From: Acidimicrobiia bacterium
Lineage (GTDB): Bacteria; Actinomycetota; Acidimicrobiia; Spongiisociales; JAENVV01
Direction: 5' to 3'
NCBI GenBank assembly: GCA_041577335.1
Contig: JBFGJH010000021.1
Location: 1-44,520, forward strand
Length of the DNA: 44,520 bases
A program made the position numbers and the translations under genes. Under the pieces are notes generated by a model. It did no database searches, was not told where the DNA came from, and worked only from the letters and a program-made list of their open reading frames with translations. Below, one piece after another: positions 17,290 to 25,916 of this stretch (position 1 is the first letter of the stretch; every line of letters starts with the position of its first letter).

Positions 17290-18732
17290 TCAGCTGGCGC
17301 CCCGGCAATCCATACAGCGGCGCTCGAGATAGTCCATCGCCGCAGTGTGCTCATCTCCAAGCAGGTGAGATATCCGGGCGAGCATCGCCGCCGAGGCCAC
17401 GGGCGCACCGCACAGCTCGCACTGAGCCGTGGGCGACTCGGCAAGGGTCTGTCGACCTCCTTGGAGGGCAGCCACATCGATACGGCGGTCAACACGAATC
17501 GCGCCCCGCTCTATCTCGGGGCAAACAGGAACGCACTGGCTGCAGCCCGTGCAGAGCGATGCGGCGAATGTCAGCTCCACATGTCCTGTGTCGGCGGTGT
17601 GGCTGAGCGCGCCGGTCGGGCAGGTTTCCGCACACGTCAGGCAGAGTGTGCACGCGGCCGTGTCGATCGTCGCGATACCTCGGTACGCCATGCTTCCGGT
17701 GACCGCGATCGGCTGATCGGCCGGAGCGATCGAATGCAGCGCCAGAATCACTTCGAAGGGGCCCTTGGTGCCAAAGGGGTTTTCCAGCGCAACTGGACCC
17801 AGCGAGTCGGCCAGCGGCCCTGGTTCGCCGGACACGGCCGCATGCTCGAGACCGGAAGCGGTCAGGAGCGCGCCTGCCAGCGACACGGCAGCCCGGGAAC
17901 GCTCCTCGTTGCCCAAGCCACAACCGCTCGCTGAGCACGGCACCACCGCGGCGGCCGCCGCCCCGAGCAGCAACGCAGCGATCGGCCACGTTGCGGGGAC
18001 CATGCCAGTACATGGCACTTCCACCTCAGCCCACTCGGAGGATGAGATGTGCTGGCTGCGTTGAGCGCACACGAACGCGACGCCGAGAGGTTCGGGAGCG
18101 GCGCAGGCAACCAGTGCGGTGATCTGATCCGACAGCGCCCGATTGCTCAGGGTCGGGTTGCTGATTGCACCGGTGGGGCAGGCAGTGACGCAGCGGCCAC
18201 AGGTGACACAGGCATCGCGGTCGAAACGAACCTTTCCTCGAGACCAGTGGTAGGCACGTTGCGGACATTCCGTCACACACGCCCGACAACCCGTCCGGGC
18301 AGCACATATGTTCTCGTCGATGAGTGGCACAGACTCGTAGTGGGGCTTGGGGAGCGAAATCATTTCCCGCCGGGATTGGCGGCCCCCGAACGTGGCCCGG
18401 GCCTGTTCCGGGCTGCTCTCGTCGTAGGCGGCCGCTCGCGCCACCGCGCCTCCGAGGAGCACCATGGCCCGGCGCGCGTCGCCGGCGATGGCCTCGGCCG
18501 ACACATACTGGACGCCGAGCGGGTCGACACCCGCAGCGCGCACGCTCTGTTGCATCTGAGCAAGAGACACCCTGGCCGGATGCACGATCATGACCAGCCG
18601 ATCAGACCCATCGATCGAGTCCGACAACTCGTCGGGCCTGCGGCACAGGTCATCGACGTACACCACTCCCTCAAGCTCGGGGGGCACGGCGACGTCGCCG
18701 GGAGCGGCGCACGCCAGCGCCGTCACCTTCAC
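17290..18732 (-). CDS. Multi-4Fe-4S polyferredoxin, accessory to the Mo-enzyme operon
   Basis: CRACVTECP, CVTCGRCVTACP, CTLCLTCAETCP and CTGCSQCVPVCP; start overlaps the TorD stop. Confidence 0.85.
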   Translation of the reverse strand: MKVTALACAAPGDVAVPPELEGVVYVDDLCRRPDELSDSIDGSDRLVMIVHPARVSLAQMQQSVRAAGVDPLGVQYVSAEAIAGDARRAMVLLGGAVARAAAYDESSPEQARATFGGRQSRREMISLPKPHYESVPLIDENICAARTGCRACVTECPQRAYHWSRGKVRFDRDACVTCGRCVTACPTGAISNPTLSNRALSDQITALVACAAPEPLGVAFVCAQRSQHISSSEWAEVEVPCTGMVPATWPIAALLLGAAAAAVVPCSASGCGLGNEERSRAAVSLAGALLTASGLEHAAVSGEPGPLADSLGPVALENPFGTKGPFEVILALHSIAPADQPIAVTGSMAYRGIATIDTAACTLCLTCAETCPTGALSHTADTGHVELTFAASLCTGCSQCVPVCPEIERGAIRVDRRIDVAALQGGRQTLAESPTAQCELCGAPVASAAMLARISHLLGDEHTAAMDYLERRCMDCRGAS

Positions 18733-19394
18733 GCAGTGGCTCCGGACCAGCGCCGCAGCCCGGCGATCAGATCCCTGTCGTGCGTCACATACGCATGCAC
18801 TGCATCGACCAGCGCTGCATAAAAGTCGCTTGGGCCGGCCGCATGCACTCGAGCGCGCAGATCCGGGAGCCAGGCGGTGAGGTGGCGGTGGAGGAACCTG
18901 GCCTCAGCGTCAAGGAGATCGGTCGCTTCGACCTCCAACTGCATCAACCTGGATGCCGATTCCCGGGCGCAAAGCGTCGACATGATCTCCAGCTGGGTCA
19001 CCAGATGGTCCGGCGGGTCGCTCGAGCCGATCGTGATCAAACCCAGGTCGCGGTAGTCCTGTTCCACGGCTGCCACGACATCTGCGATGGCTTCGCGCCG
19101 GCCGTGCGACCGGTAATACGACTCGATTGGTGGGCACAGCACACCGTCGGTTCCCGAAGCAAAGAGCCGTACATGTTCGGCGGCCATGTCCATGACGGTC
19201 AGGTCCGATTCCAACAGGCTCGCCAGAGCACGCCACTCGCGGTAGAAGGCGTAGCCAGACAGGTCCATAGCCTCGAGGTATTCGGCCGCCGCGACCAGCT
19301 CTCCGAGCCGTACCGGCTGCGGGGGAGCAAATGCGCCGGCGAAGAACCGGTAGAGGCCTTGACGCAGCCGCGCTATCTCAGCGGCGGGTTTCAT
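18729..19394 (-). CDS. TorD/DmsD-family molybdoenzyme maturation chaperone
   Basis: CPPIESYY, PPDHLVTQLEIM and FLHRHLTAW. Confidence 0.9.
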   Translation of the reverse strand: MKPAAEIARLRQGLYRFFAGAFAPPQPVRLGELVAAAEYLEAMDLSGYAFYREWRALASLLESDLTVMDMAAEHVRLFASGTDGVLCPPIESYYRSHGRREAIADVVAAVEQDYRDLGLITIGSSDPPDHLVTQLEIMSTLCARESASRLMQLEVEATDLLDAEARFLHRHLTAWLPDLRARVHAAGPSDFYAALVDAVHAYVTHDRDLIAGLRRWSGATA

Positions 19395-19600
19395 CTCTCT
19401 GGTCGGTCGGGCATCAGCTCGTAGACGAGGGCAGCGGAAAACGCCACAATGACTCCGAGAACGAACAAAGCCGGGGCGAATCCGAAACTCGGGTCGCTGT
19501 TGGCCACGGTGTCGGCCCCCCAGGGAGCGGCCGCCAAGTAGCCGATCAACATGAGGACGATCCCACCAACAACCATCCCGAGAGTGATCGTTTTACGCAT
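19391..19600 (-). CDS. Small two-TM membrane protein within the operon
   Basis: Two hydrophobic helices; overlaps both neighbours. Confidence 0.75.
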   Translation of the reverse strand: MRKTITLGMVVGGIVLMLIGYLAAAPWGADTVANSDPSFGFAPALFVLGVIVAFSAALVYELMPDRPER

Positions 19601-20900
19601 CGACCATCACCTCCTCGTCTTCTCGTAACGGTATCGGGGGGAATACCTTCACGAACGTTCCGATCATCAGGGCTCCCAGACCCAAGAGCCCGAGCACGAC
19701 TCCGTACTCCACCCAGCTCGGGCTGTAGGAACCAACCTCGTACGGGAGCAGTGTGCCGTGAGTCTGCGACGGCACCACGATCAAGTACCGTTTGCCTATC
19801 GCAGCCAGATTCACAGCGATGCCGAACGCCACGAGCCAGCCGACATTCCAGCGTCTCTTGAAGGCTTGCCACAGCAGGCCAAGACCAGGGATGACGAGCA
19901 GGGCCACCGACCCCCAGTAGATCCAAGCGTATTCGCCGAGGAGCAAGGCGTCCGACAGCTGCTTCTCGACTTCGGGCGTCGCGTAGAGCAGCGTGAGCAA
20001 CTCAACCGACATGAAGTACAGGTAGACCAACAAGAACGCCAGCAGGAACTTGCCAAGCGCTGCGAACACGTCGAGGTCGATGCGGGATTTGTCATGCACG
20101 ATCCTGCGTACCACGGCGCCAACAATGATGATGGCACCGATGCCGGACACTCCGGCAAGAGCCACGAACGCCGGCGCCTGCAGAGTGCCGTACCAACCTG
20201 GCCGTCCGACCTGTAGCCCAAAGACGAAGCCGAGCGTCGAGTGAGCAATCACGAGCAGAGGGATGATCGTCACAGCGAGCCAAAAGCTGGTCTGGCGGTG
20301 ACGATCCCGTTCCTCTGGCGTGTCCCGGTATCCGGCTGCCCACCACCGATGGAACCTCTGTAGGCGGCTCGGGTACTGCGCCATGATGGCGGCGTCACGC
20401 CGGCCACCCAGATAGAGGTAGATCAGGCTGGCCACCAGGTAGCCCGCGATCACCAGGGAGAACGTTCCGAAGAACGGCGACTGCGGCCTGGCATACCGGA
20501 ACAGGTTCACCACGCCACGAAGCGGCTGGCCGAGGTCGACGATGATCGCCAAAGCCCCGAGAATCAGTGCCACCACGGTGAGCAGCTCGGCGAATCGTGC
20601 GATCGGCCGCAAATGGCGCAGGTTGAACAACCTGATCAGTGCGGCGATCGTGATCCCGGCGAAGCTGACGCCGATGAAGTACACGACCATCGTGATGTAG
20701 AGGCCCCACGAGGCTCCGCCCATCGTTCCAACGTTGCGCATGCCGGTTTCGATCATGCCCGTCGATAGCTCGCGAACAAACGCGAAGACGCCGACTGCGA
20801 ACAGCAGGAAGCTGCCTGCCATCGCCAGCTTCCACGTGGTGGTCAGTCGACCAACGCCTTGGGGGAGCATGCTCGTCTGAGTATTTGTCTGAGTCGCCAT
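19593..20900 (-). CDS. nrfD: NrfD/PsrC-family membrane anchor (quinol-interacting)
   Basis: WGLYI..VYFIG, IVDLGQP.R, SP, HST.GF.FG, R..WY; many TM helices. Confidence 0.9.
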   Translation of the reverse strand: MATQTNTQTSMLPQGVGRLTTTWKLAMAGSFLLFAVGVFAFVRELSTGMIETGMRNVGTMGGASWGLYITMVVYFIGVSFAGITIAALIRLFNLRHLRPIARFAELLTVVALILGALAIIVDLGQPLRGVVNLFRYARPQSPFFGTFSLVIAGYLVASLIYLYLGGRRDAAIMAQYPSRLQRFHRWWAAGYRDTPEERDRHRQTSFWLAVTIIPLLVIAHSTLGFVFGLQVGRPGWYGTLQAPAFVALAGVSGIGAIIIVGAVVRRIVHDKSRIDLDVFAALGKFLLAFLLVYLYFMSVELLTLLYATPEVEKQLSDALLLGEYAWIYWGSVALLVIPGLGLLWQAFKRRWNVGWLVAFGIAVNLAAIGKRYLIVVPSQTHGTLLPYEVGSYSPSWVEYGVVLGLLGLGALMIGTFVKVFPPIPLREDEEVMVDA

Positions 20901-20902
20901 GC

Positions 20903-21649
20903 TCACACCCTCGCCTTCGGTCGTTCGACTTCCTTGTACGAATGCGACGGTGGCTTGCCTCCCACATAGAAGACGCTCGGCTCGGTGCCGGCTTCCTCCA
21001 ACAGGTGCCATGTCTCGTTCTCACGGATGAATTGGCTCACCGGAGACTCGGCATCGCTCACATCGCCGAAGCGGAGCGCGGTGACCGGGCAGGTATCGAC
21101 ACATGCCGGCAGGTTGCCCTGCTCGACACGTTGCACGCAGAAGGTGCATTTCTCCATCACGCCCTTGTCGTGGTTCCCGCCGGCCGTCCTGCGCCTTTCT
21201 GAGCCCCATTCCTCGTCGAGATCGGGGTTGCGGTAGGGCGGGGAGAGGCCCCCGGTCGCCGACTGTATGTCGGGATCATCCCAGTCGATGACGTCTGAAT
21301 ACTGCGATGCCTCGGGCGTCTGCCAGTTGAAGTAGTTCACTCCGTAGGGGCAGGCCAGCTCGCAATACCGACATCCGATGCATCGATCGGGGTCGGTCAG
21401 CACCAAGCCATCCTCCCGTTTGAACCTTGCTCCAGTAGGACAGACCTTGACGCACGGAGCGTTGTCGCAGTGCTGGCAGGGCCTCGGGAGGAAGCTCATA
21501 CGGGTGTCGGGGAACTCACCATCTTCGAAGCGGAATACATGCATCCAGAACATGCTCTGGCCGGTGTTGTTCTCGATCTTGCACGCCTCCGTGCATGCCC
21601 GACAGCCCTGGCAGCGATTCAAGTCGACCACCATCGCGTACTTCGCCAT
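20903..21649 (-). CDS. 4x[4Fe-4S] electron-transfer subunit (PsrB/ArrB/DmsB type)
   Basis: CQGCRACTEAC, CQHCDNAPCVKVCP, CIGCRYCELACP and KCTFC...CVDTCP. Confidence 0.93.
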   Translation of the reverse strand: MAKYAMVVDLNRCQGCRACTEACKIENNTGQSMFWMHVFRFEDGEFPDTRMSFLPRPCQHCDNAPCVKVCPTGARFKREDGLVLTDPDRCIGCRYCELACPYGVNYFNWQTPEASQYSDVIDWDDPDIQSATGGLSPPYRNPDLDEEWGSERRRTAGGNHDKGVMEKCTFCVQRVEQGNLPACVDTCPVTALRFGDVSDAESPVSQFIRENETWHLLEEAGTEPSVFYVGGKPPSHSYKEVERPKARV

Positions 21650-24264
21650 TAGAGCTCACCTCCCTTCGATACCTTGACCTTGACGTGAAACGCCTGGTCC
21701 GCGGTGTTCGTCATGTAGCCCTCGCCGACGAAGTAGATCTCGTTCGGGGAGGCGCCCTGACCCTTGTTCTGGGGATGGGTCCAGCCTCCGAAGTGGTGGG
21801 GCACACCAACCGTGTCCGGTCTGATCCCGTCGCAATAGGCGGCCGTGGTCGCCAAGCTGCGGGTCTCCCCGGTGATGGCGTTGTGTGACTCGACGGTAAC
21901 TACATCACCGTCTGCGATCCCTAGCCGAGAGGCAGAGAGCGGGTTGATGTCCAGCCGAGTACCCGGAGCGAGCTCCGCGAGCAGTGGCACGAAGCTGCTG
22001 CGTGACTGTTTGTGCTCGATCATGTGGTAGCTGATGAGATAGAACTCATAATCGTCTGGCGATGCATCCATGGTTGGCGCTCGCCAGGTGGGCAGGGCCG
22101 TGTAGTCCTGCCAGTAGATCTCGTCGGCTCCTTTGTCTCGCATTTGGCGCTGGGCATCGAGCAGGCTCTCTCCGTACAGCCGGTGCAGGGCCCCCCCAAA
22201 CGGTGGATCGAAGACGTAGCCATACATCTTGTTCGGGGACATCGGGCCTTTGACGAACACGCTCTGGTTCGGGTCCTCGAAGAAAGCGATGCCCTCGTCG
22301 ATGCCCTGCGACAGGGCCCAGGAGTCGAAGATCTCGCGCACCGTTGGCTTGGTGTCGGTGGCAATGGCGAATGCTGCGTTGTCGTCCACCAGGCCCAGTG
22401 CTTTGTTTACCTGGTCGAGGTAGCCGCCCTCTCCATAGAGCGTGCCCATCTCCTCGCACAGGTCCATGTAGATATCGATCTCGCCCTTCGACTCGAAGAG
22501 TGGCTCCATCGGTGGGATCCGCAACGTGGTTGCTTCGACGTATTGGTTGGTGGCCGAAATCGGCCCTTCGTACTTTTCGATGGTCGCCGCCGGCAACACA
22601 ACGTCGGCGAAGTAGTCGGCCGTCTCCGACAACCACGGGCTGATGACGGCCACGAACTTGAACTTCTCGTACGACTCCATGTATTCGGCTTGTGACGGGA
22701 ACGCGGTGAGCGGATTGACCATGTGGAGAATCGCCACTTCGGGCAGCTGTTCCACCTCGTAGCGCTCCGGGTCGAGCATCACTTTGGCCACGATGCCGGG
22801 GAAGCCGGTGTTGATCGGGAAATACTTCGAGTTGTTCAACATGAAGTCATAGGGTGGATCCTCGACTTCGAACTTCTCGAATTGGGCGTATCGCTTGTCG
22901 ATCTTCCATGTGAAGTCGGACAGCTGCCCGCCTGCCGCGCCGACGGCGCCAACCAGCATCGGGACCATGACCATTGCCCGGATCGTCTGAAAACCGAGCT
23001 CTTGTTGAGCCATGTGGTAGGCCATGATGCCGACGGGCCGGTGGGGTACCTCGACCCCATCCACGACCAACGTGGACCCGATCAGAGCGTTCTCGCCGAA
23101 GTCGGATGCGACCCGGCGGATCTGATCGGCCGTCAGACCGGTGAGGTCCGCGGCCCATTCCGGCGTCGAGTCGGCGACGTGCTCCTTGAAGATCTCAAAC
23201 GCCGGGCGCACCTCCTGACCCTCGAAGTCGTAGCTACCCTCGAGCGCCGGCGTTTCCGCTTCGCCGAAGGGCACGACTGCCGAGGTGGCCTCGTCCCAGA
23301 CCAGCCCCACGTCGGTCGCATCGTCGCCTTCGCCGACTGTGGTCTTCACGATCATCCCGTCTTCGCCGACGAGGAATGGGGCATTCGTGTACGTGCGGAG
23401 ATAGGGCCGATCCAGATAGTCAAGAGCGATCAGCTCATGACAGAGAGCCAGCGCCAACGCCAGGTCGGTGCCGGGCCGGATGGCCAGCCACGTGTCTGCA
23501 AAGGGCCCTGCACTGCGGAGCCTCGGGTCGATGTGGGCGATCTTCATGCCGCGTTCGCGGGCTTTGATCATGTGCTGCGGCCACGTGAGCCAACAGAACT
23601 TGTTCCCGCCGGCGTTGGTGATGTTCCAACCCCACGACAGCATGTAGTTGCAGTACCTGAAATCTGGGTGGAGCACGGCATGGGTGCCGATCGTGTACTC
23701 GAGGGCCCGGTAGCCGGCATCTGAGCAATATGCGCCGTGTCCCAGCTTGCTCGACCCGATTGCTTTCACGAAAGCGTCGTCGTAGAAACCCTTGGCCTTG
23801 CTACGGCCCTTTTGCCACAGGACCATCTTGGGGTCGCGTTCACGGACCTCGTTCACGTTGTCGGCCACCAGTTTGAGCGCCTCATCCCACGTTGCGGTCC
23901 GGAACTCGCCCGTCCCACCTTTGCCGTTGGTTCTTATCAGTGGGGTCTTGACCCGGTTCGGGTCGTAGAGCGAGATGATTTGCGCCTGGCCCTTTGGACA
24001 CAGGGTGCCGTTGTTGCGTGGGTTGGCGGGATGTCCCTCGAACTTGATGACGCGGCCATCGACCCGATGGGCCAACATCCCGCAGTCCTGCTTGCCGATC
24101 CAGCAGGTCGTTGGAACGACGTCCCGCACTCCACCTTGGAGAGCAAGTCCAGATTCGGCTGCGACGACCTCCGACGGGCTGAACAGGAAATTGCGGGCGA
24201 CGACGGCGCCTCCAGCAACCACCGCTGATCCCTTCACGAACGTCCGCCGGGAGATTTCCTGCAT
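21649..24264 (-). CDS. Tat-exported Mo/W-bisPGD oxidoreductase catalytic subunit (Psr/Arr/Arx-like)
   Basis: SRRTFVKG twin-Arg signal; CWIGKQDC...LCPKG; RVKTPLIR; HGAYC; IRPGTD; ADVVLPAAT; molydopterin dinucleotide-binding C-terminus. Confidence 0.93.
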   Translation of the reverse strand: MQEISRRTFVKGSAVVAGGAVVARNFLFSPSEVVAAESGLALQGGVRDVVPTTCWIGKQDCGMLAHRVDGRVIKFEGHPANPRNNGTLCPKGQAQIISLYDPNRVKTPLIRTNGKGGTGEFRTATWDEALKLVADNVNEVRERDPKMVLWQKGRSKAKGFYDDAFVKAIGSSKLGHGAYCSDAGYRALEYTIGTHAVLHPDFRYCNYMLSWGWNITNAGGNKFCWLTWPQHMIKARERGMKIAHIDPRLRSAGPFADTWLAIRPGTDLALALALCHELIALDYLDRPYLRTYTNAPFLVGEDGMIVKTTVGEGDDATDVGLVWDEATSAVVPFGEAETPALEGSYDFEGQEVRPAFEIFKEHVADSTPEWAADLTGLTADQIRRVASDFGENALIGSTLVVDGVEVPHRPVGIMAYHMAQQELGFQTIRAMVMVPMLVGAVGAAGGQLSDFTWKIDKRYAQFEKFEVEDPPYDFMLNNSKYFPINTGFPGIVAKVMLDPERYEVEQLPEVAILHMVNPLTAFPSQAEYMESYEKFKFVAVISPWLSETADYFADVVLPAATIEKYEGPISATNQYVEATTLRIPPMEPLFESKGEIDIYMDLCEEMGTLYGEGGYLDQVNKALGLVDDNAAFAIATDTKPTVREIFDSWALSQGIDEGIAFFEDPNQSVFVKGPMSPNKMYGYVFDPPFGGALHRLYGESLLDAQRQMRDKGADEIYWQDYTALPTWRAPTMDASPDDYEFYLISYHMIEHKQSRSSFVPLLAELAPGTRLDINPLSASRLGIADGDVVTVESHNAITGETRSLATTAAYCDGIRPDTVGVPHHFGGWTHPQNKGQGASPNEIYFVGEGYMTNTADQAFHVKVKVSKGGEL

Positions 24265-24336
24265 GCTGGCCCTCCGTCGCCTGTTGGTGCCAATGAACCG
24301 GCGCGCGTCCCGGCTCACTAGAGGCATAAGGCCCTT

Positions 24337-24354
24337 ATGTGAACATTTTCTCAA
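24337..24354. promoter_or_regulatory. Putative Rex (or CRP/FNR-type) operator
   Basis: ATGTGAACATTTTCTCAA versus TTGTGAA-N4-TTCACAA (2 mismatches). Confidence 0.5.
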
Positions 24355-24428
24355 GCTGCGACAGACCCCTGGGACATGGAAGGCGCAGGCGACCGCTACT
24401 GTGGGACGCAGTCGGAGAAGGGCTCAGA

Positions 24429-24746
24429 ATGACCGATTACCTTCCGGACGCATACAAGACGTTCCGTGAGCGCCACGGTGGGGTGGCGAGCAGCCTCGAC
24501 GCGTTGGCGGCCACGGTCGATGGTGCGGGCCCGCTCGATGCGCGCTCGCAACGACTCATCAAACTCGGAATAGCCATAGGGCGAGTTTCCGAAGGAGCGG
24601 TGAAATCAAACGTGCGCAAAGCTCTCGCGCTTGGAGTCACCGCAGACGAAGTGCGACATGCGGCGCTGTTGGCGATCACCACTACCGGCCTGCCGGCGGC
24701 AACGGCTGCTGTGGGATGGATCGACGAGGTTCTCGGCGCCGACTGA
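24429..24746 (+). CDS. Carboxymuconolactone decarboxylase (CMD/AhpD-like) family protein
   Basis: GPLDARSQRLIKLGIAIG...EGAVKS.VRKAL..G...DEVRHAALLA..T.G.P. Confidence 0.85.
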   Translation: MTDYLPDAYKTFRERHGGVASSLDALAATVDGAGPLDARSQRLIKLGIAIGRVSEGAVKSNVRKALALGVTADEVRHAALLAITTTGLPAATAAVGWIDEVLGAD

Positions 24747-24936
24747 GATCGAGCAATAGACGGCTGATCGAGCGTCGCTCCGGCAGACGCTCGAGGGTCG
24801 GCGGCGCATTTCTCAAAGGTGACCTCGGTCCCGAATCCGCACCTCAGTATCGAGCCATTCGTGGGAGCCACCCGAGGTCGCGAAAACCTCGGGTTCCTGG
24901 CCTCCAGGATTGGCGGCGCTGTGCCGATAGGAATTG

Positions 24937-25464
24937 ATGGAGCTTCCGTTCGACGACCGAGCCAAACATTGGTACGCAGCCGGCTTCTGTGCCGTGGTGG
25001 CGGCCCTCGCTTGGGCGCTCGACGGCTTTGTTCCTCTCCTCGGCCATGTCGACTTCGGTATCCACGAGCTCGGTCACTTGCTGGCGATGGCTCTGCCCGA
25101 CTCGGCGATGCTTCTCGCGGGATCAGTGCTCCAGGTGGCGGTCCCGGTTGCCCTCTCGGTGTATTTCTGGAAGTGGCGTCACGATACTGTCGCCGCCACG
25201 GTCACTCTCGCGTGGGCGGGTGCCTCTCTCATCAACGTCGGGGTGTACGTGGCCGACGCCCAGCTTCAGCAGTTGCCGATCATCGGCTCCCGTCATGATT
25301 GGGCGACGCTCCTCGGGCGCTGGGGTGTCATCGACATGGCTCCCAACTTCGGAGGGCTCCTCGGAGCCATTGGCTACATCACGATCGCCAGTGCCGCGAT
25401 CCTGGCAGTGTTACCGCTGGTGAGCCGCCGCCCTTCTCCGAGCCAGGTGCCGATCAACAGCTAG
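24937..25464 (+). CDS. Membrane protein with HExxH motif (M50-like peptidase)
   Basis: IHELGH and HDW motifs; about 5 TM helices. Confidence 0.7.
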   Translation: MELPFDDRAKHWYAAGFCAVVAALAWALDGFVPLLGHVDFGIHELGHLLAMALPDSAMLLAGSVLQVAVPVALSVYFWKWRHDTVAATVTLAWAGASLINVGVYVADAQLQQLPIIGSRHDWATLLGRWGVIDMAPNFGGLLGAIGYITIASAAILAVLPLVSRRPSPSQVPINS

Positions 25465-25483
25465 AAGTCCCCTCTCCCAAAGA

Positions 25484-25509
25484 AGAGACCCGCCATGCGG
25501 CGGGTCTCT
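25484..25509. terminator. Hairpin terminator between convergent genes
   Basis: AGAGACCCGCC-ATGC-GGCGGGTCTCT. Confidence 0.75.
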
Positions 25510-25530
25510 GATCTCGGAAATCGGGCTGGG

Positions 25531-25767
25531 CTAGTTGCCGCCCCCCATCATTCCACCGAGGCCGTCTGTCATCTTATCCATCATGCCGCCGGCGGCATCT
25601 GCTGCGCCGCCGACCACGCCGCCGCCATCGAGCAGGCCAGTGACCTGGCTGGCGATGGGCTCCGGCAGCTTGTCGCCGACGAAGTTGATCACCATGCCGA
25701 TCACTTCCTGCGCTTTGTCTGCCGGAAGCCCAAACTTCTCGGTAATCATCGAAACGAGCTGGTCCAC
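25531..25767 (-). CDS. Small helical protein (DUF2267/DUF937-like)
   Basis: MDQLVSMITEKFGLPADKA...KLPEPIASQV with Gly-rich tail; AGGAG RBS. Confidence 0.7.
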   Translation of the reverse strand: MDQLVSMITEKFGLPADKAQEVIGMVINFVGDKLPEPIASQVTGLLDGGGVVGGAADAAGGMMDKMTDGLGGMMGGGN

Positions 25768-25916
25768 TTAGAGGCTCCTTGTGTCTCGACATCCGTCGCG
25801 GATGTCCCTGGAAAGGCGATCGTAGCCAGTCGGTCCGCTGTGCTCGAAATAAGGATTGACCATAAGGCTGGAACTGTGCCATCCTGCCGATCGGCGGAGT
25901 CACAGGAGATGCAACT

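Noticed and set aside
21649..24264. Direct call as arrA, arxA, psrA or dmsA
   Set aside because: Diagnostic motifs differ (CxxG, KGRS); substrate cannot be assigned without a phylogeny
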